Assembly: GCA_964566135.1 (NCBI GenBank)
Contig: CAZMHM010000002.1
Span: forward strand, 1,925 to 65,924
Length of the DNA: 64,000 nt
Direction: 5' to 3'
Source: an uncultured Candidatus Saccharibacteria bacterium
Lineage (GTDB): Bacteria; Patescibacteriota; Saccharimonadia; Saccharimonadales; CAIOMD01
This document shows, in pieces, positions 10,643 through 18,883 of this stretch. A model generated the notes under the pieces. The model was not told the origin of the DNA, did no database searches, and was given only the letters and a program-made list of their open reading frames with translations. Made by a program: the position numbers and the translations under genes. The number at the start of each line of letters is the position of its first letter. Position 1 is the stretch's first letter.

Positions 10643-10848
10643 AAAAAAGCAGACTCCTCGTTAAAATTGATTTGTTGTTGCCAATATCTTGGCTATTACC
10701 TTTTGCGCGCGAAGGTTAACTAAGCGGGGGTCTTGGGTACTCGTGATTTGGAGACACGCGAGCACTGCCCGATTACACTACTTCTTGATACTAAGTCTAT
10801 AGACTCTGTAAAACAATGTAAAGATTACTACTATGTAGTTTTTACAAC

Positions 10849-11559
10849 TTATCTAAAGTTACGTTCGTAGGGCTGAAGCTGCTGCAATCGGCGCCGTACA
10901 TATAGCAAATCGGGTAGCTCTAGCGCCTTTTCAGCGCGCCATTGCTTATCATCACCTCTTGTCTCACTCATGAAATTTTGTGGCTTTGCCTCTAGCGCTT
11001 CGAGAGCCCGATGACTTGAGCTATCAAGATGTGCACTAGAAACTCTAACGCCTCGCCCCCTGCCGTAACTAAGATCATTTATAAATCCGTCAGTATCAAA
11101 TGCCTGTAGTGCAAAGCGTACAAGATGCAGTTTTGCAGCAACTCGATTAACATCTGGAAGTTCAAGCGAAATCGGGCCTTTAAACAAACTCTGCACTACC
11201 ACTTTTTCAATCGGTACTGCGCCGCCATTTATGCCTACTCCGTATTCTTTTACTTGCTCAAAACCGACAAATGCGTGACCGACCATACTGTTCGGACTCC
11301 CGGGATCTGCGGTTAGATTATCAAATAAGCCGACCGCCAACACACCGTTACCATACTTAGCAATTCGGGCCGCTACTGGAGTTAACTGTTGCTGATTACG
11401 GGCAGCGGAGCCGGACTCAAATGCAACTGCAGTTTCTGCGGCAGCAGCATATTGCGATGCATTCCAAACAGGCAACTTTTCACCAATTGCCTGTAACGAG
11501 AACGGATGATCATTAATCGTAATTAGTTCGGGTTCAGGGACTATAAGATTTCGTTTCAT
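10849..11559 (-). CDS. Hypothetical protein (about 236 aa from MKRNLIV; the track ORF extends to GTG 11601)
   Basis: ORF track 10849..11601. I prefer the ATG at 11559 because TATACT lies 7 nt upstream of it. I recognise no family. Confidence 0.5.
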   Translation of the reverse strand: MKRNLIVPEPELITINDHPFSLQAIGEKLPVWNASQYAAAAETAVAFESGSAARNQQQLTPVAARIAKYGNGVLAVGLFDNLTADPGSPNSMVGHAFVGFEQVKEYGVGINGGAVPIEKVVVQSLFKGPISLELPDVNRVAAKLHLVRFALQAFDTDGFINDLSYGRGRGVRVSSAHLDSSSHRALEALEAKPQNFMSETRGDDKQWRAEKALELPDLLYVRRRLQQLQPYERNFR

Positions 11560-11646
11560 GTTACATAGTATAGTGCTGCTTTTCACGCTAGCCATGAGCA
11601 CTTTACCTGTTTCAAGTTATCGGTATGGCTTATATTACACAACAAC

Positions 11647-11670
11647 AAGCGGCCCCATATGGGGCCGCTT
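11647..11670 (-). terminator. Hairpin terminator after clpP
   Basis: AAGCGGCCCC-ATAT-GGGGCCGCTT is a perfect 10-bp palindromic stem, followed on the minus strand by GTTGTTGTTG, which is only a weak U tract. Confidence 0.6.
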
Positions 11671-11689
11671 AGATTAGCCGTGCGTAAAA

Positions 11690-12280
11690 CTACTTGCGGT
11701 TTGTGATGATATCGTCGATAAGGCCGTATTTTTTGGCTTCTTCGGCGGTCATCCAATAATCACGCTCTACATCTTTTTCGATAGTTGCGAGCTTTTGGCC
11801 AGTGTTTTTTGCCAACACTTCGTTAAGTAACTTCTTAAGGCGAAGACCCTCCTTAAGGTCAATTTCCATATCGGTAACCTTACCACGGGTGCCGCTACTT
11901 GGCTGGTGAATCATCGTTGTAGCGTGTGGCAACATAAATCGCTTGCCTTTGGCGCCACTGCTTAGCAAGAATGCGCCCATACTCGCCTGTACACCAATAC
12001 CAACAGTCTGTACGTCACACTTTACAAATTGCATGGTGTCGTAAATGGCCATGCCATCATAGACACTGCCGCCCGGGCTGTTAATATAAAAAATAATGTC
12101 TTTTCTAGGGTCTTCTGCCTCTAAAAATAGCATCTGTGCAACCACGAGGTTGGCGGTGTGCTCGTTTACGTCTTCGCCTAAAAAGATGATACGGTCTTTT
12201 AATAGTCGGCTATAAATATCATAGGCACGTTCTACACGGCCATCGTTTTCGATTACGGTTGGAATAAGCATGTTTTTCAT
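11690..12280 (-). CDS. clpP: ATP-dependent Clp protease proteolytic subunit
   Basis: 196 aa with typical ClpP sequence: ...[52 protein letters not shown]...QASMGAFLL...IHQP. Confidence 0.95.
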   Translation of the reverse strand: MKNMLIPTVIENDGRVERAYDIYSRLLKDRIIFLGEDVNEHTANLVVAQMLFLEAEDPRKDIIFYINSPGGSVYDGMAIYDTMQFVKCDVQTVGIGVQASMGAFLLSSGAKGKRFMLPHATTMIHQPSSGTRGKVTDMEIDLKEGLRLKKLLNEVLAKNTGQKLATIEKDVERDYWMTAEEAKKYGLIDDIITNRK

Positions 12281-12287
12281 ACCCTAA

Positions 12288-12329
12288 ATTGTAGTCCGTA
12301 AATTAGCACTCGTCAAGCCTGAGTGCTAA
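12288..12329 (-). promoter_or_regulatory. clpP promoter overlapped by a perfect CIRCE inverted repeat
   Basis: TTAGCACTC-N9-GAGTGCTAA occupies 12303..12329, a perfect match to the HrcA operator consensus. On the minus strand, -35 TTGACG (12316..12311) lies inside the element. A 17-nt spacer separates it from -10 TACAAT (12293..12288), which is 7 nt from the ATG. Confidence 0.8.
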
Positions 12330-12727
12330 TTATGTGTTTTACCAATATACCGATACTCGACAGTGTCATCGGGGAATCGAACAAGTACATCATCGGTTTC
12401 GCCATATAACGGCATTGTAGCCTCCAGCAACCGAGCACGCGCTTGTGCGAGCAAGGCAGCTTGTGCAACATCTTGTACGTTTGTTGCAAACAAGTAGCGC
12501 TCACCGCTCCTTGTCTGACCCAGTAGGTCAATGGCACCCGGCGTACGAATGAACGGGTAGGCATCTACATGGTCAAACTCTTCGCCAGGTAGTAGCAAAA
12601 CACTTTTGTGCCAAAATCGAGGTAATGAGACCTTCGTCGGTTCGGCAACAGTAGGAGGCTGCGACGTTCGAGCTTCGAGCGTTCGATCAATGAAAAATCT
12701 GCTTCTATTGAACTTAGAACTAGTCAT
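12326..12727 (-). CDS. Hypothetical 133-aa protein
   Basis: ORF track entry. TATAAT (12739..12734) lies 6 nt upstream of the ATG and there is no SD. No motif recognised. Confidence 0.5.
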   Translation of the reverse strand: MTSSKFNRSRFFIDRTLEARTSQPPTVAEPTKVSLPRFWHKSVLLLPGEEFDHVDAYPFIRTPGAIDLLGQTRSGERYLFATNVQDVAQAALLAQARARLLEATMPLYGETDDVLVRFPDDTVEYRYIGKTHN

Positions 12728-12765
12728 GCAACAATTATAAGCCCAGCCAAGGACAAAACCATGAG

Positions 12766-13227
12766 CTATTTACCTGCAATGCTAGCGAGGAAATTGTTAA
12801 TAGCATTTTTTGCCTTGGTCATGCCGGCAGTATCCCGGGTATATTCGATAATTGTAAGATTAGGGTGGGTGTTCGGAGCACCTGCAATCATTGCTGAAAG
12901 CGAATGACCATCTTCAACCTTAGCGAATAAGCACAGTACTGGCTTGCTAAGAGTTAGTGCATGATGAATCTCATATCCAACACCTAAACTTGGATTAGTC
13001 ACTTCTGCAATGATGCCATTAGATTCATCTATCCAAGCAAGATCACGATCATGTATAAATTCAGGTGGCTGATTTTGCCCATTTTGCGACAAATTTGCAT
13101 AACCAACATGTTCACACAGCACGGTTGCACCCTGAGCCTTTATGTCTTCAATCAGTTGGTTATATACAGCTTGGTCTTTGCGACCACCACGGATAGAACC
13201 AGCGAAATATACTTTTAGCTCACTCAT
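12766..13227 (-). CDS. 2'-deoxynucleoside 5'-phosphate N-hydrolase (DNPH1/Rcl family; nucleoside 2-deoxyribosyltransferase-like fold)
   Basis: It carries YFAGSIRGGR, EHV, IHDRDLAWI, AEVTNPSLGVGYE, LCLF and LSAMIAG. These line up block-for-block with the DNPH1 signature as I recall it (YFCGSIRGGR...AEVTQPSLGVGYE...LSAMIRGA). Confidence 0.8.
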   Translation of the reverse strand: MSELKVYFAGSIRGGRKDQAVYNQLIEDIKAQGATVLCEHVGYANLSQNGQNQPPEFIHDRDLAWIDESNGIIAEVTNPSLGVGYEIHHALTLSKPVLCLFAKVEDGHSLSAMIAGAPNTHPNLTIIEYTRDTAGMTKAKNAINNFLASIAGK

Positions 13228-13275
13228 AGCTACAGTATACCCAAAGTGAGTACAATAGTTTACAAGGAAATATGA

Positions 13276-14559
13276 TTAAGCTTTTGCGTAACTAACAAGC
13301 TTGGCGATGGTTTTTTCGGTAAGTAGGCGTGACGCGATGTCGCGACGAGCTTCGGGCTTTTCGAGCTCAGCCTGCATCTGAGGGTCGCTATATTGTCCCT
13401 TCATAATCTGCATGCGGATCTCAATCTCATCGGCCGATACGGTAAGCTTTTCGAGTGTGGCAATTTCACTCAGCAACAATCCTGCCTTCAAACGCTCTTC
13501 TGCCGCTGGCTTAAGTTCTTTTTCGCGATATTCTTGTTCGGTTTGCTGCGTGTTCTCTAAATATTCTTTGATAGTCTCGCCACGATAGGTAAGATTCTGC
13601 TTGAACTCGCGGTCGACTGCCTCGATTTGCTCTTCTAGCAATGCTTCTGGCAAGTTGATTTTAGCCTTAGCAACAAGGCTCTTAATGATTTGATTTTCAA
13701 ACTCTTGGTTGGCTTGATTCTCGCGCTCTATACCAATTTGCTTTTTAATATCCGCTTTAAGCTCGGTAATATCTTTAAATGGACCAACCTTAGCTGCGAA
13801 CGCATCATTGAGCTCTTCGAGCTTTGTTTCTTCAACTTTCTTAACTGTAACGGCAAATGTAACTTTTTTACCCTGTAAGGCCTTCACGCCATAGTCTTTA
13901 GGAAACGGAATAGTGAATGTTTTGTCGTCACCGGCTTTTAGGCCAATTACGGCGTCTTCGAACCCAGGAATAAACGTATTGCTTCCAAGCGCTAACGGAT
14001 AATCTTTACCGGTTGCGCCGTTGACCGGCGCGCCTTTGTCGTCATTGCCTTCGAAATCAATCGTCGCGCGGTCACCGCTTTTCGCAGCTCGCTCGACTTC
14101 AACATATTCGGCAGTTTGTGTTCGTAAGCGCTCAAGCACTTCGTCTACATCTTTGGCAGTTACTTTAACTTCTGGTTTTTTAGCAGTCGTCTTTTTGTAA
14201 TCAGGCACAACAATCTTGCCAATTACTTCTACTTCAGCAGTAAATTCGAGCTCGGAATAAGGTACAAACTTAACAAGCTCAACCTTGGGCTGAGACACAA
14301 CGCGCAGTTCTTTATCTGATATGGCATCACCATAGTAGTGATTAATGGCTTCGTCTAATAGCTCGGCTTGTAATGTGTTTGGATCGAGCTGTTTTTCGAC
14401 TAGCTCTAGTGGCACTTTACCGGCACGAAAACCAGGAATTCTCACTTTGGGTGCAAGCTTTTCAACCACGTGCTTTTTCATCGCGGCCAAATCTTTTGCA
14501 TCGGCAGAAATAGTTAGTTTAGTAATGTTGTCTGAGATTGATTTAAGAGTTACTTGCAT
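13276..14559 (-). CDS. tig: Trigger factor
   Basis: 427 aa. The N-terminal ribosome-binding loop PGFRAGKVP and a central FKBP-like PPIase region (FIPGFEDAVIGLKAGD) are present. Confidence 0.93.
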   Translation of the reverse strand: MQVTLKSISDNITKLTISADAKDLAAMKKHVVEKLAPKVRIPGFRAGKVPLELVEKQLDPNTLQAELLDEAINHYYGDAISDKELRVVSQPKVELVKFVPYSELEFTAEVEVIGKIVVPDYKKTTAKKPEVKVTAKDVDEVLERLRTQTAEYVEVERAAKSGDRATIDFEGNDDKGAPVNGATGKDYPLALGSNTFIPGFEDAVIGLKAGDDKTFTIPFPKDYGVKALQGKKVTFAVTVKKVEETKLEELNDAFAAKVGPFKDITELKADIKKQIGIERENQANQEFENQIIKSLVAKAKINLPEALLEEQIEAVDREFKQNLTYRGETIKEYLENTQQTEQEYREKELKPAAEERLKAGLLLSEIATLEKLTVSADEIEIRMQIMKGQYSDPQMQAELEKPEARRDIASRLLTEKTIAKLVSYAKA

Positions 14560-14582
14560 ACAAGGGGTAACTTTACCATAAT

Positions 14583-14978
14583 TTAGGCAAATTTCATAGG
14601 ACCCATTGCAGGCGTACGCTCAACTGCAGGAGATTCAAGCCTATCAAGCGCCGCTTCAACCGCCTTACACAGCAACCGCGACGAGAACGGCGTGCTGCCA
14701 CCATATTCTTTCGATAGGCTCACGACGTCGTCACCTGCTAAAAACAAATAGCCATTACGTTGTAACCATACCAACGAACTTGCAAGGTCTTCCTCTGATG
14801 GGAAGGGGTTACGAGCCGAATGCTCTGGCCCAAAAAGCATGTAATCATGTACGAGATAATCGAGGCTTACAAGTTCGGTTCCATCGAGCCGACACCTGTC
14901 AAGCCCAACACTCAGCAAAAATTGTATGCAATCTGCCCGAGGCTTTCGTGCGCCAATCATAATATTAGTTTGGTTCAT
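14583..14978 (-). CDS. Hypothetical protein (about 131 aa from MNQTNIM; the track ORF extends to 15107)
   Basis: ORF track 14583..15107. The internal ATG at 14978 overlaps the stop of the upstream 72-aa ORF by 14 nt. Confidence 0.45.
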   Translation of the reverse strand: MNQTNIMIGARKPRADCIQFLLSVGLDRCRLDGTELVSLDYLVHDYMLFGPEHSARNPFPSEEDLASSLVWLQRNGYLFLAGDDVVSLSKEYGGSTPFSSRLLCKAVEAALDRLESPAVERTPAMGPMKFA

Positions 14979-15183
14979 AGCTGGGCTCCTTGCCGACAGC
15001 GACATATTCAATTGGTGCTTGCGCCTTAAATAGTTTGCTTTCAGAATTTTTGCCAAAGTGAATAACACTTGCATCTCTGGCCTGCTGCCGGCGAATTGCT
15101 TCGGCACGCATATGTATTTGGCTTTTTATTTGAAATATACTGTTGGATTTTTTGTTGGTTTTTCGAGTAAAATCGACGACCAT
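14965..15183 (-). CDS. Hypothetical basic 72-aa protein
   Basis: ORF track entry. A strong SD is present (GGTTAGGAGGATGAAATG, with AGGAGG 7 nt upstream of the ATG). Confidence 0.45.
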   Translation of the reverse strand: MVVDFTRKTNKKSNSIFQIKSQIHMRAEAIRRQQARDASVIHFGKNSESKLFKAQAPIEYVAVGKEPSYEPN

Positions 15184-15448
15184 TTCATCCTCCTAACCTT
15201 ATATTTCTCCCCTTTTCCGCGATTCTTTTATACAAAAAAAGCCCGCGTTTTTTTGACAGGGCTATTTATTTTCGTGGAAAATTCAGGGATGTAACAAACT
15301 TTTAGAGTGGGTTCGCTACTAGCTCCACAGTACACAAGCGACCAAATACATGTACTGCTTCAACGCTCCTAAAATGTTAACGTTCTCTCACTCTTACCTT
15401 TAATTATACGCCTAGTTGTCAATAATTTAGTTATTAATAATAATTAAA

Positions 15449-16735
15449 TTATTGAGCGGTAGTCGCTAAGAAGTTACTGAGCTGTTCTACATTCAGGTGT
15501 TGCTCGTCGCCACTGGCAAGGTTTTTAAGTGCAAACTCGTTTTTATCTATCTCTTGATCGCCTACGAAAAGCACAAACTGGTAGCCGGCTTTATCAGCTG
15601 ATTTAATTTTCTTATCTATCTTACGGTCGGTCGCATCAACGGCTACATTAATACCGTTGCGGCGCAGCTCACTGATGAGTGACTGGGCGCGACTGTATAC
15701 GTCATCAATCAAAATGATTCCGACATGCACTTTAGACTCTAAGCGCGGTAGCAACTCATGCAGCTCGAGGAATTCGCGGATTGTGACATCTCCCATTCCA
15801 AAGCCAACCGTCGGCACTGGTTCGACACCAAATAAGCCAACTAAACCATCATAGCGACCACCGCCAAACATACTTCGGTTGTTTTCAGGGTTTGTGTCTA
15901 CCATTTCAAATACAATATCGGTGTAATAATCAAAACCGCGCATAAGGCTCACGTCAAACTGGGCGTTCGTGACACCACCTTCTGCCAATAATACCTGTAG
16001 GTCGTGCACGCGTTGTGCGGCAGGATGTTCTTGCACATCTTGTGGCAATGCCTCAAACGAGCTAGCGCGCAAAATCGAGAGTAACTCGCCAGTTGGCTCG
16101 CCAACTATCGCGCCAAGCATCGCATCGAACTCTTCTGGTTTGAGTTTTTTCATGCGGTCAATCAGCCGAATCGCTTGCAAGCTTTTTTCTGCATCAAGCC
16201 CATATCGTTCTTGCAACAAATAATTAACCAGTTTACGGCTATTCAGTTGAATGGTGTACATGTCGCGGGTGGCACCAAACTTTTGCATAATTGCATCTGC
16301 TATAAGCACGAGCTCGTGATCACCTGCAACCCCTGCTTCGCCAAACAAATCAACGTTAAGTTGCCAGTGCTCGCGCAAGCGACCGCGTTGGGGGCGTTCG
16401 TATCGCCACAAATTAGGAATACTAAACCACCTAAGCGGGTATGCAAGTTCCTGGCGCTTACCTGCCACCATGCGGCTAACAGTCGGCGTCATTTCAGGGC
16501 GAAGCGTTACTTTGCGACCACCACGGTCTTCAAATACATAGGTTTGTTCGCTAACTATTTCCTCGCTGGTTTTTGCTAAATATAAATCAATCGGTTCGAT
16601 AATTGAGGCGTCATATTCCTCGTATCCAAAACTTGTAGCGACAGTGCGCCAAACACCAAAAATATAATCTTGTACCCGCTTATCATTTGGGTAAAAATCG
16701 CGAGCACCTTTATAGGGTTGAGTAGAGAGAGCCAT
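15449..16735 (-). CDS. hisS: Histidine--tRNA ligase
   Basis: 428 aa with class II HisRS blocks: GARDFYP, LRPEMTPTVSRMV, RYERPQRGRLREHWQLNVDLFG, GGGRYDGL. Confidence 0.95.
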   Translation of the reverse strand: MALSTQPYKGARDFYPNDKRVQDYIFGVWRTVATSFGYEEYDASIIEPIDLYLAKTSEEIVSEQTYVFEDRGGRKVTLRPEMTPTVSRMVAGKRQELAYPLRWFSIPNLWRYERPQRGRLREHWQLNVDLFGEAGVAGDHELVLIADAIMQKFGATRDMYTIQLNSRKLVNYLLQERYGLDAEKSLQAIRLIDRMKKLKPEEFDAMLGAIVGEPTGELLSILRASSFEALPQDVQEHPAAQRVHDLQVLLAEGGVTNAQFDVSLMRGFDYYTDIVFEMVDTNPENNRSMFGGGRYDGLVGLFGVEPVPTVGFGMGDVTIREFLELHELLPRLESKVHVGIILIDDVYSRAQSLISELRRNGINVAVDATDRKIDKKIKSADKAGYQFVLFVGDQEIDKNEFALKNLASGDEQHLNVEQLSNFLATTAQ

Positions 16736-16746
16736 ATTGCCTTGTA

Positions 16747-17067
16747 TTATACCTGTTCTTTAAGCTTGCCGTGGATAATTGCGTGCAAAATAATTCCAGG
16801 TGCCTTTTTAGGCGAAGTTTTTTTGACGATTGCCGCAATTGGCTTACCAACAATCAAAAAACCACCCAAACCGATGATTGTTTGGATAATAACCACTACC
16901 GTAGTGACCATAGCTACATCACTAATTCCTAATGCCTTACTAATTGCTGGTGCCGCCGCCCAGATTGGAATCCACCATAGCATAATGAGGACGAAACCTA
17001 TGCGTAAGCGAGTTGCGGACATTGGATTATTGTTCATTCCGCTTAGTATACCTTTTACAAATAACAT
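16747..17067 (-). CDS. Small hydrophobic membrane protein (start uncertain)
   Basis: ORF track entry. Two to three predicted TM helices (FVLIMLWWIPIWAAAP, VVVIIQTIIGLGGFLIV). It ends 11 nt before hisS. Confidence 0.45.
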   Translation of the reverse strand: MLFVKGILSGMNNNPMSATRLRIGFVLIMLWWIPIWAAAPAISKALGISDVAMVTTVVVIIQTIIGLGGFLIVGKPIAAIVKKTSPKKAPGIILHAIIHGKLKEQV

Positions 17068-17121
17068 TGACCATATAGCGCCACTAGTGTTGAATGAAGA
17101 TATACAAATAAGGAGGTAAGG

Positions 17122-17802
17122 ATGGCTACATCAAAGGATGCGCCGGCTAGTGGTGATGATTTCATCACGATTGTCGTCAACGCATTTAAACTCATCAATG
17201 AAAGTTGGGAAGCTCTTAAGCTTAACTTAGTAACGTTTATCGTTTTGGCACTCGTGCCAGCAATTTTGTTTGCAGCGGCGATTCCGTTTTTGCTTTTACC
17301 AGCAATAACTGACGGTGGCAGTGCAAGCACCGTTGTCATGGTTATTGGGCTCATTGCGTTATTTATCGTTGGCTGTATCTTTTTGCCAGCTATTACAATC
17401 ACACAAATAGAAAGTGCCCGAGGAAAAGCTATCGATTTTTCAGCGGTGTTTGAAAAAAGCAAGTCGCTAGTCTTGCCATTTATCGGCCTCGCTCTATTAG
17501 CGGGTCTTGCAATCGGCATTGGATTTTTGTTTTTTGTTATTCCGGGTCTGATTTTAGCTTTCTTCTTAACATTTAGCGCTTACATTCTTGTAGACAAGAA
17601 GCTGGGTGTTATCGATTCTATGAAGGCAAGCTTCGAACTCGTGAAAGCAAACTGGCAGTGGGTTGTTGCACTATTTATCGTGCAGTTCGCAATCTCACTT
17701 GTTTCATACTTTCCACTTGTTGGCTGGCTCGCAGGCATCGTTTTGAGCGTTGCATACTTCTGTTTACCAGCAATTGTGTACGTCAAAATTAGTAAAAAAT
17801 AA
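17122..17802 (+). CDS. Multi-pass membrane protein, unknown function
   Basis: 226 aa with a strong SD (AAGGAGGTAAGGATG) and several hydrophobic helices. Confidence 0.7.
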   Translation: MATSKDAPASGDDFITIVVNAFKLINESWEALKLNLVTFIVLALVPAILFAAAIPFLLLPAITDGGSASTVVMVIGLIALFIVGCIFLPAITITQIESARGKAIDFSAVFEKSKSLVLPFIGLALLAGLAIGIGFLFFVIPGLILAFFLTFSAYILVDKKLGVIDSMKASFELVKANWQWVVALFIVQFAISLVSYFPLVGWLAGIVLSVAYFCLPAIVYVKISKK

Positions 17803-17820
17803 GGTTTTTGCACCCTTAGC

Positions 17821-17849
17821 AAAAAAGCCACCTGTTTGGTGGCTTTTTT
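17821..17849. terminator. Bidirectional intrinsic terminator
   Basis: AAAAAA-AGCCACC-TGTTT-GGTGGCT-TTTTT lies between convergent genes. Confidence 0.75.
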
Positions 17850-18861
17850 AGTGTCTAGGACTGTGTACGGATGCAATATATTTCTCGGCACGATTAGCAA
17901 TTGTTGCAACAACTTTTGCTATATTTCTTTTAAAATTATCCTCATCATTTTTTATATCGTTATATAGTGCGTCTCTCTTCTGAGATAGCTCTTGAGCAAC
18001 GGTGAAAGCCTGTGAGATTTCGTCGTTGAGCTCAGTGGCTGCTACGGTGCCAGCAATAGTTTCGTACGTCGCAACAAGCGCTGTAACTTCGAGAATCCGT
18101 TGCTTAATTGTGGGGCTAATCAATGTTACATCGGGTTTTTTGGTAGTACCAAGTACTTCGTGCGTTGCTGTTGCTAGCGTACCAAAGTTTGTCTTGGCAA
18201 GCGCAACGCCATCACGCAAGGTTTTTACTTCGCTAAACATTTCCCAGCTACGACCTTGGATGACAGCATCACTGGCGCCTTTTAAATCAGTGTGATGTGC
18301 TTCCCATTCTTGAAGCGCATCCTCTTTAGCCCAGTACGTAGCTCGAAGTCCTTTAAGTAATTCCGTTGCTTCGTCGATAAGTGCCAGTAGCTCGGTGCGT
18401 ATTTGGCCAACGGCAATCGTGTTATGCGCGTGCAACAAACGCTCTACGGCCATATATGGTTTCGTTTGCTGAAGTGCATCTTGTTTTTTTGTCTCGAGGC
18501 CATACATTGCTATTTCATCTGCGGCGAGTTCTGCGTCTAGCGCCGCGAGTTCTTCTGCTTTTGTTGCAAGTCGGCTGAGATCATCTAGTCGCTTATCAAG
18601 CCGGACGACATCATCAGGCTTAACAACTTGTATACTAGCGCCCGAATCAACAAGTGCATGCATAGCATCAAGGAGCTCTTGTTCGGAAATTTTTGCGTAA
18701 CGGTACCTGAGTACCATCTCTAGTACGGTTTCGGCGGTTGCAACATTGTCTGAAAGATCTACCTGCACATCAAGAACAGTAATGGTTGTGTCGCCTACCA
18801 AAGGTGGCTCAGTATACTCACCCGGTTCGGATGCTAGGGATTCCTTGCTCATATCGAGCAA
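17848..18861 (-). CDS. Hypothetical 337-aa, predominantly alpha-helical/coiled-coil protein
   Basis: ORF track entry, 22 nt downstream of tyrS. It has heptad-like Ala/Glu/Leu-rich stretches, no TM segment and no recognised motif. Confidence 0.6.
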   Translation of the reverse strand: MLDMSKESLASEPGEYTEPPLVGDTTITVLDVQVDLSDNVATAETVLEMVLRYRYAKISEQELLDAMHALVDSGASIQVVKPDDVVRLDKRLDDLSRLATKAEELAALDAELAADEIAMYGLETKKQDALQQTKPYMAVERLLHAHNTIAVGQIRTELLALIDEATELLKGLRATYWAKEDALQEWEAHHTDLKGASDAVIQGRSWEMFSEVKTLRDGVALAKTNFGTLATATHEVLGTTKKPDVTLISPTIKQRILEVTALVATYETIAGTVAATELNDEISQAFTVAQELSQKRDALYNDIKNDEDNFKRNIAKVVATIANRAEKYIASVHSPRH

Positions 18862-18883
18862 TACTATATCATTTTATTGAATT

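Noticed and set aside
10643-10848. Structured leader or attenuator upstream of rpoB (CTCGTG...CGCGAG pairing)
   Set aside because: The pairing needs a mismatch on the transcribed (minus) strand, and there is no U tract or conserved motif. The evidence is insufficient to call a feature.
15421-15453. AT-only inverted repeat AATAATTTA-N15-TAAATTATT overlapping the hisS stop, as a possible operator or terminator
   Set aside because: A pure A/T 9-bp stem in an AT-rich spacer is weak evidence, and no matching site was seen elsewhere in the window.
17055-17519. 154-aa minus-strand ORF antisense to the 17122..17802 membrane-protein gene
   Set aside because: The plus-strand gene has a strong AAGGAGG SD and coherent TM helices. 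The minus ORF has no SD and would overlap the 16747..17067 gene.
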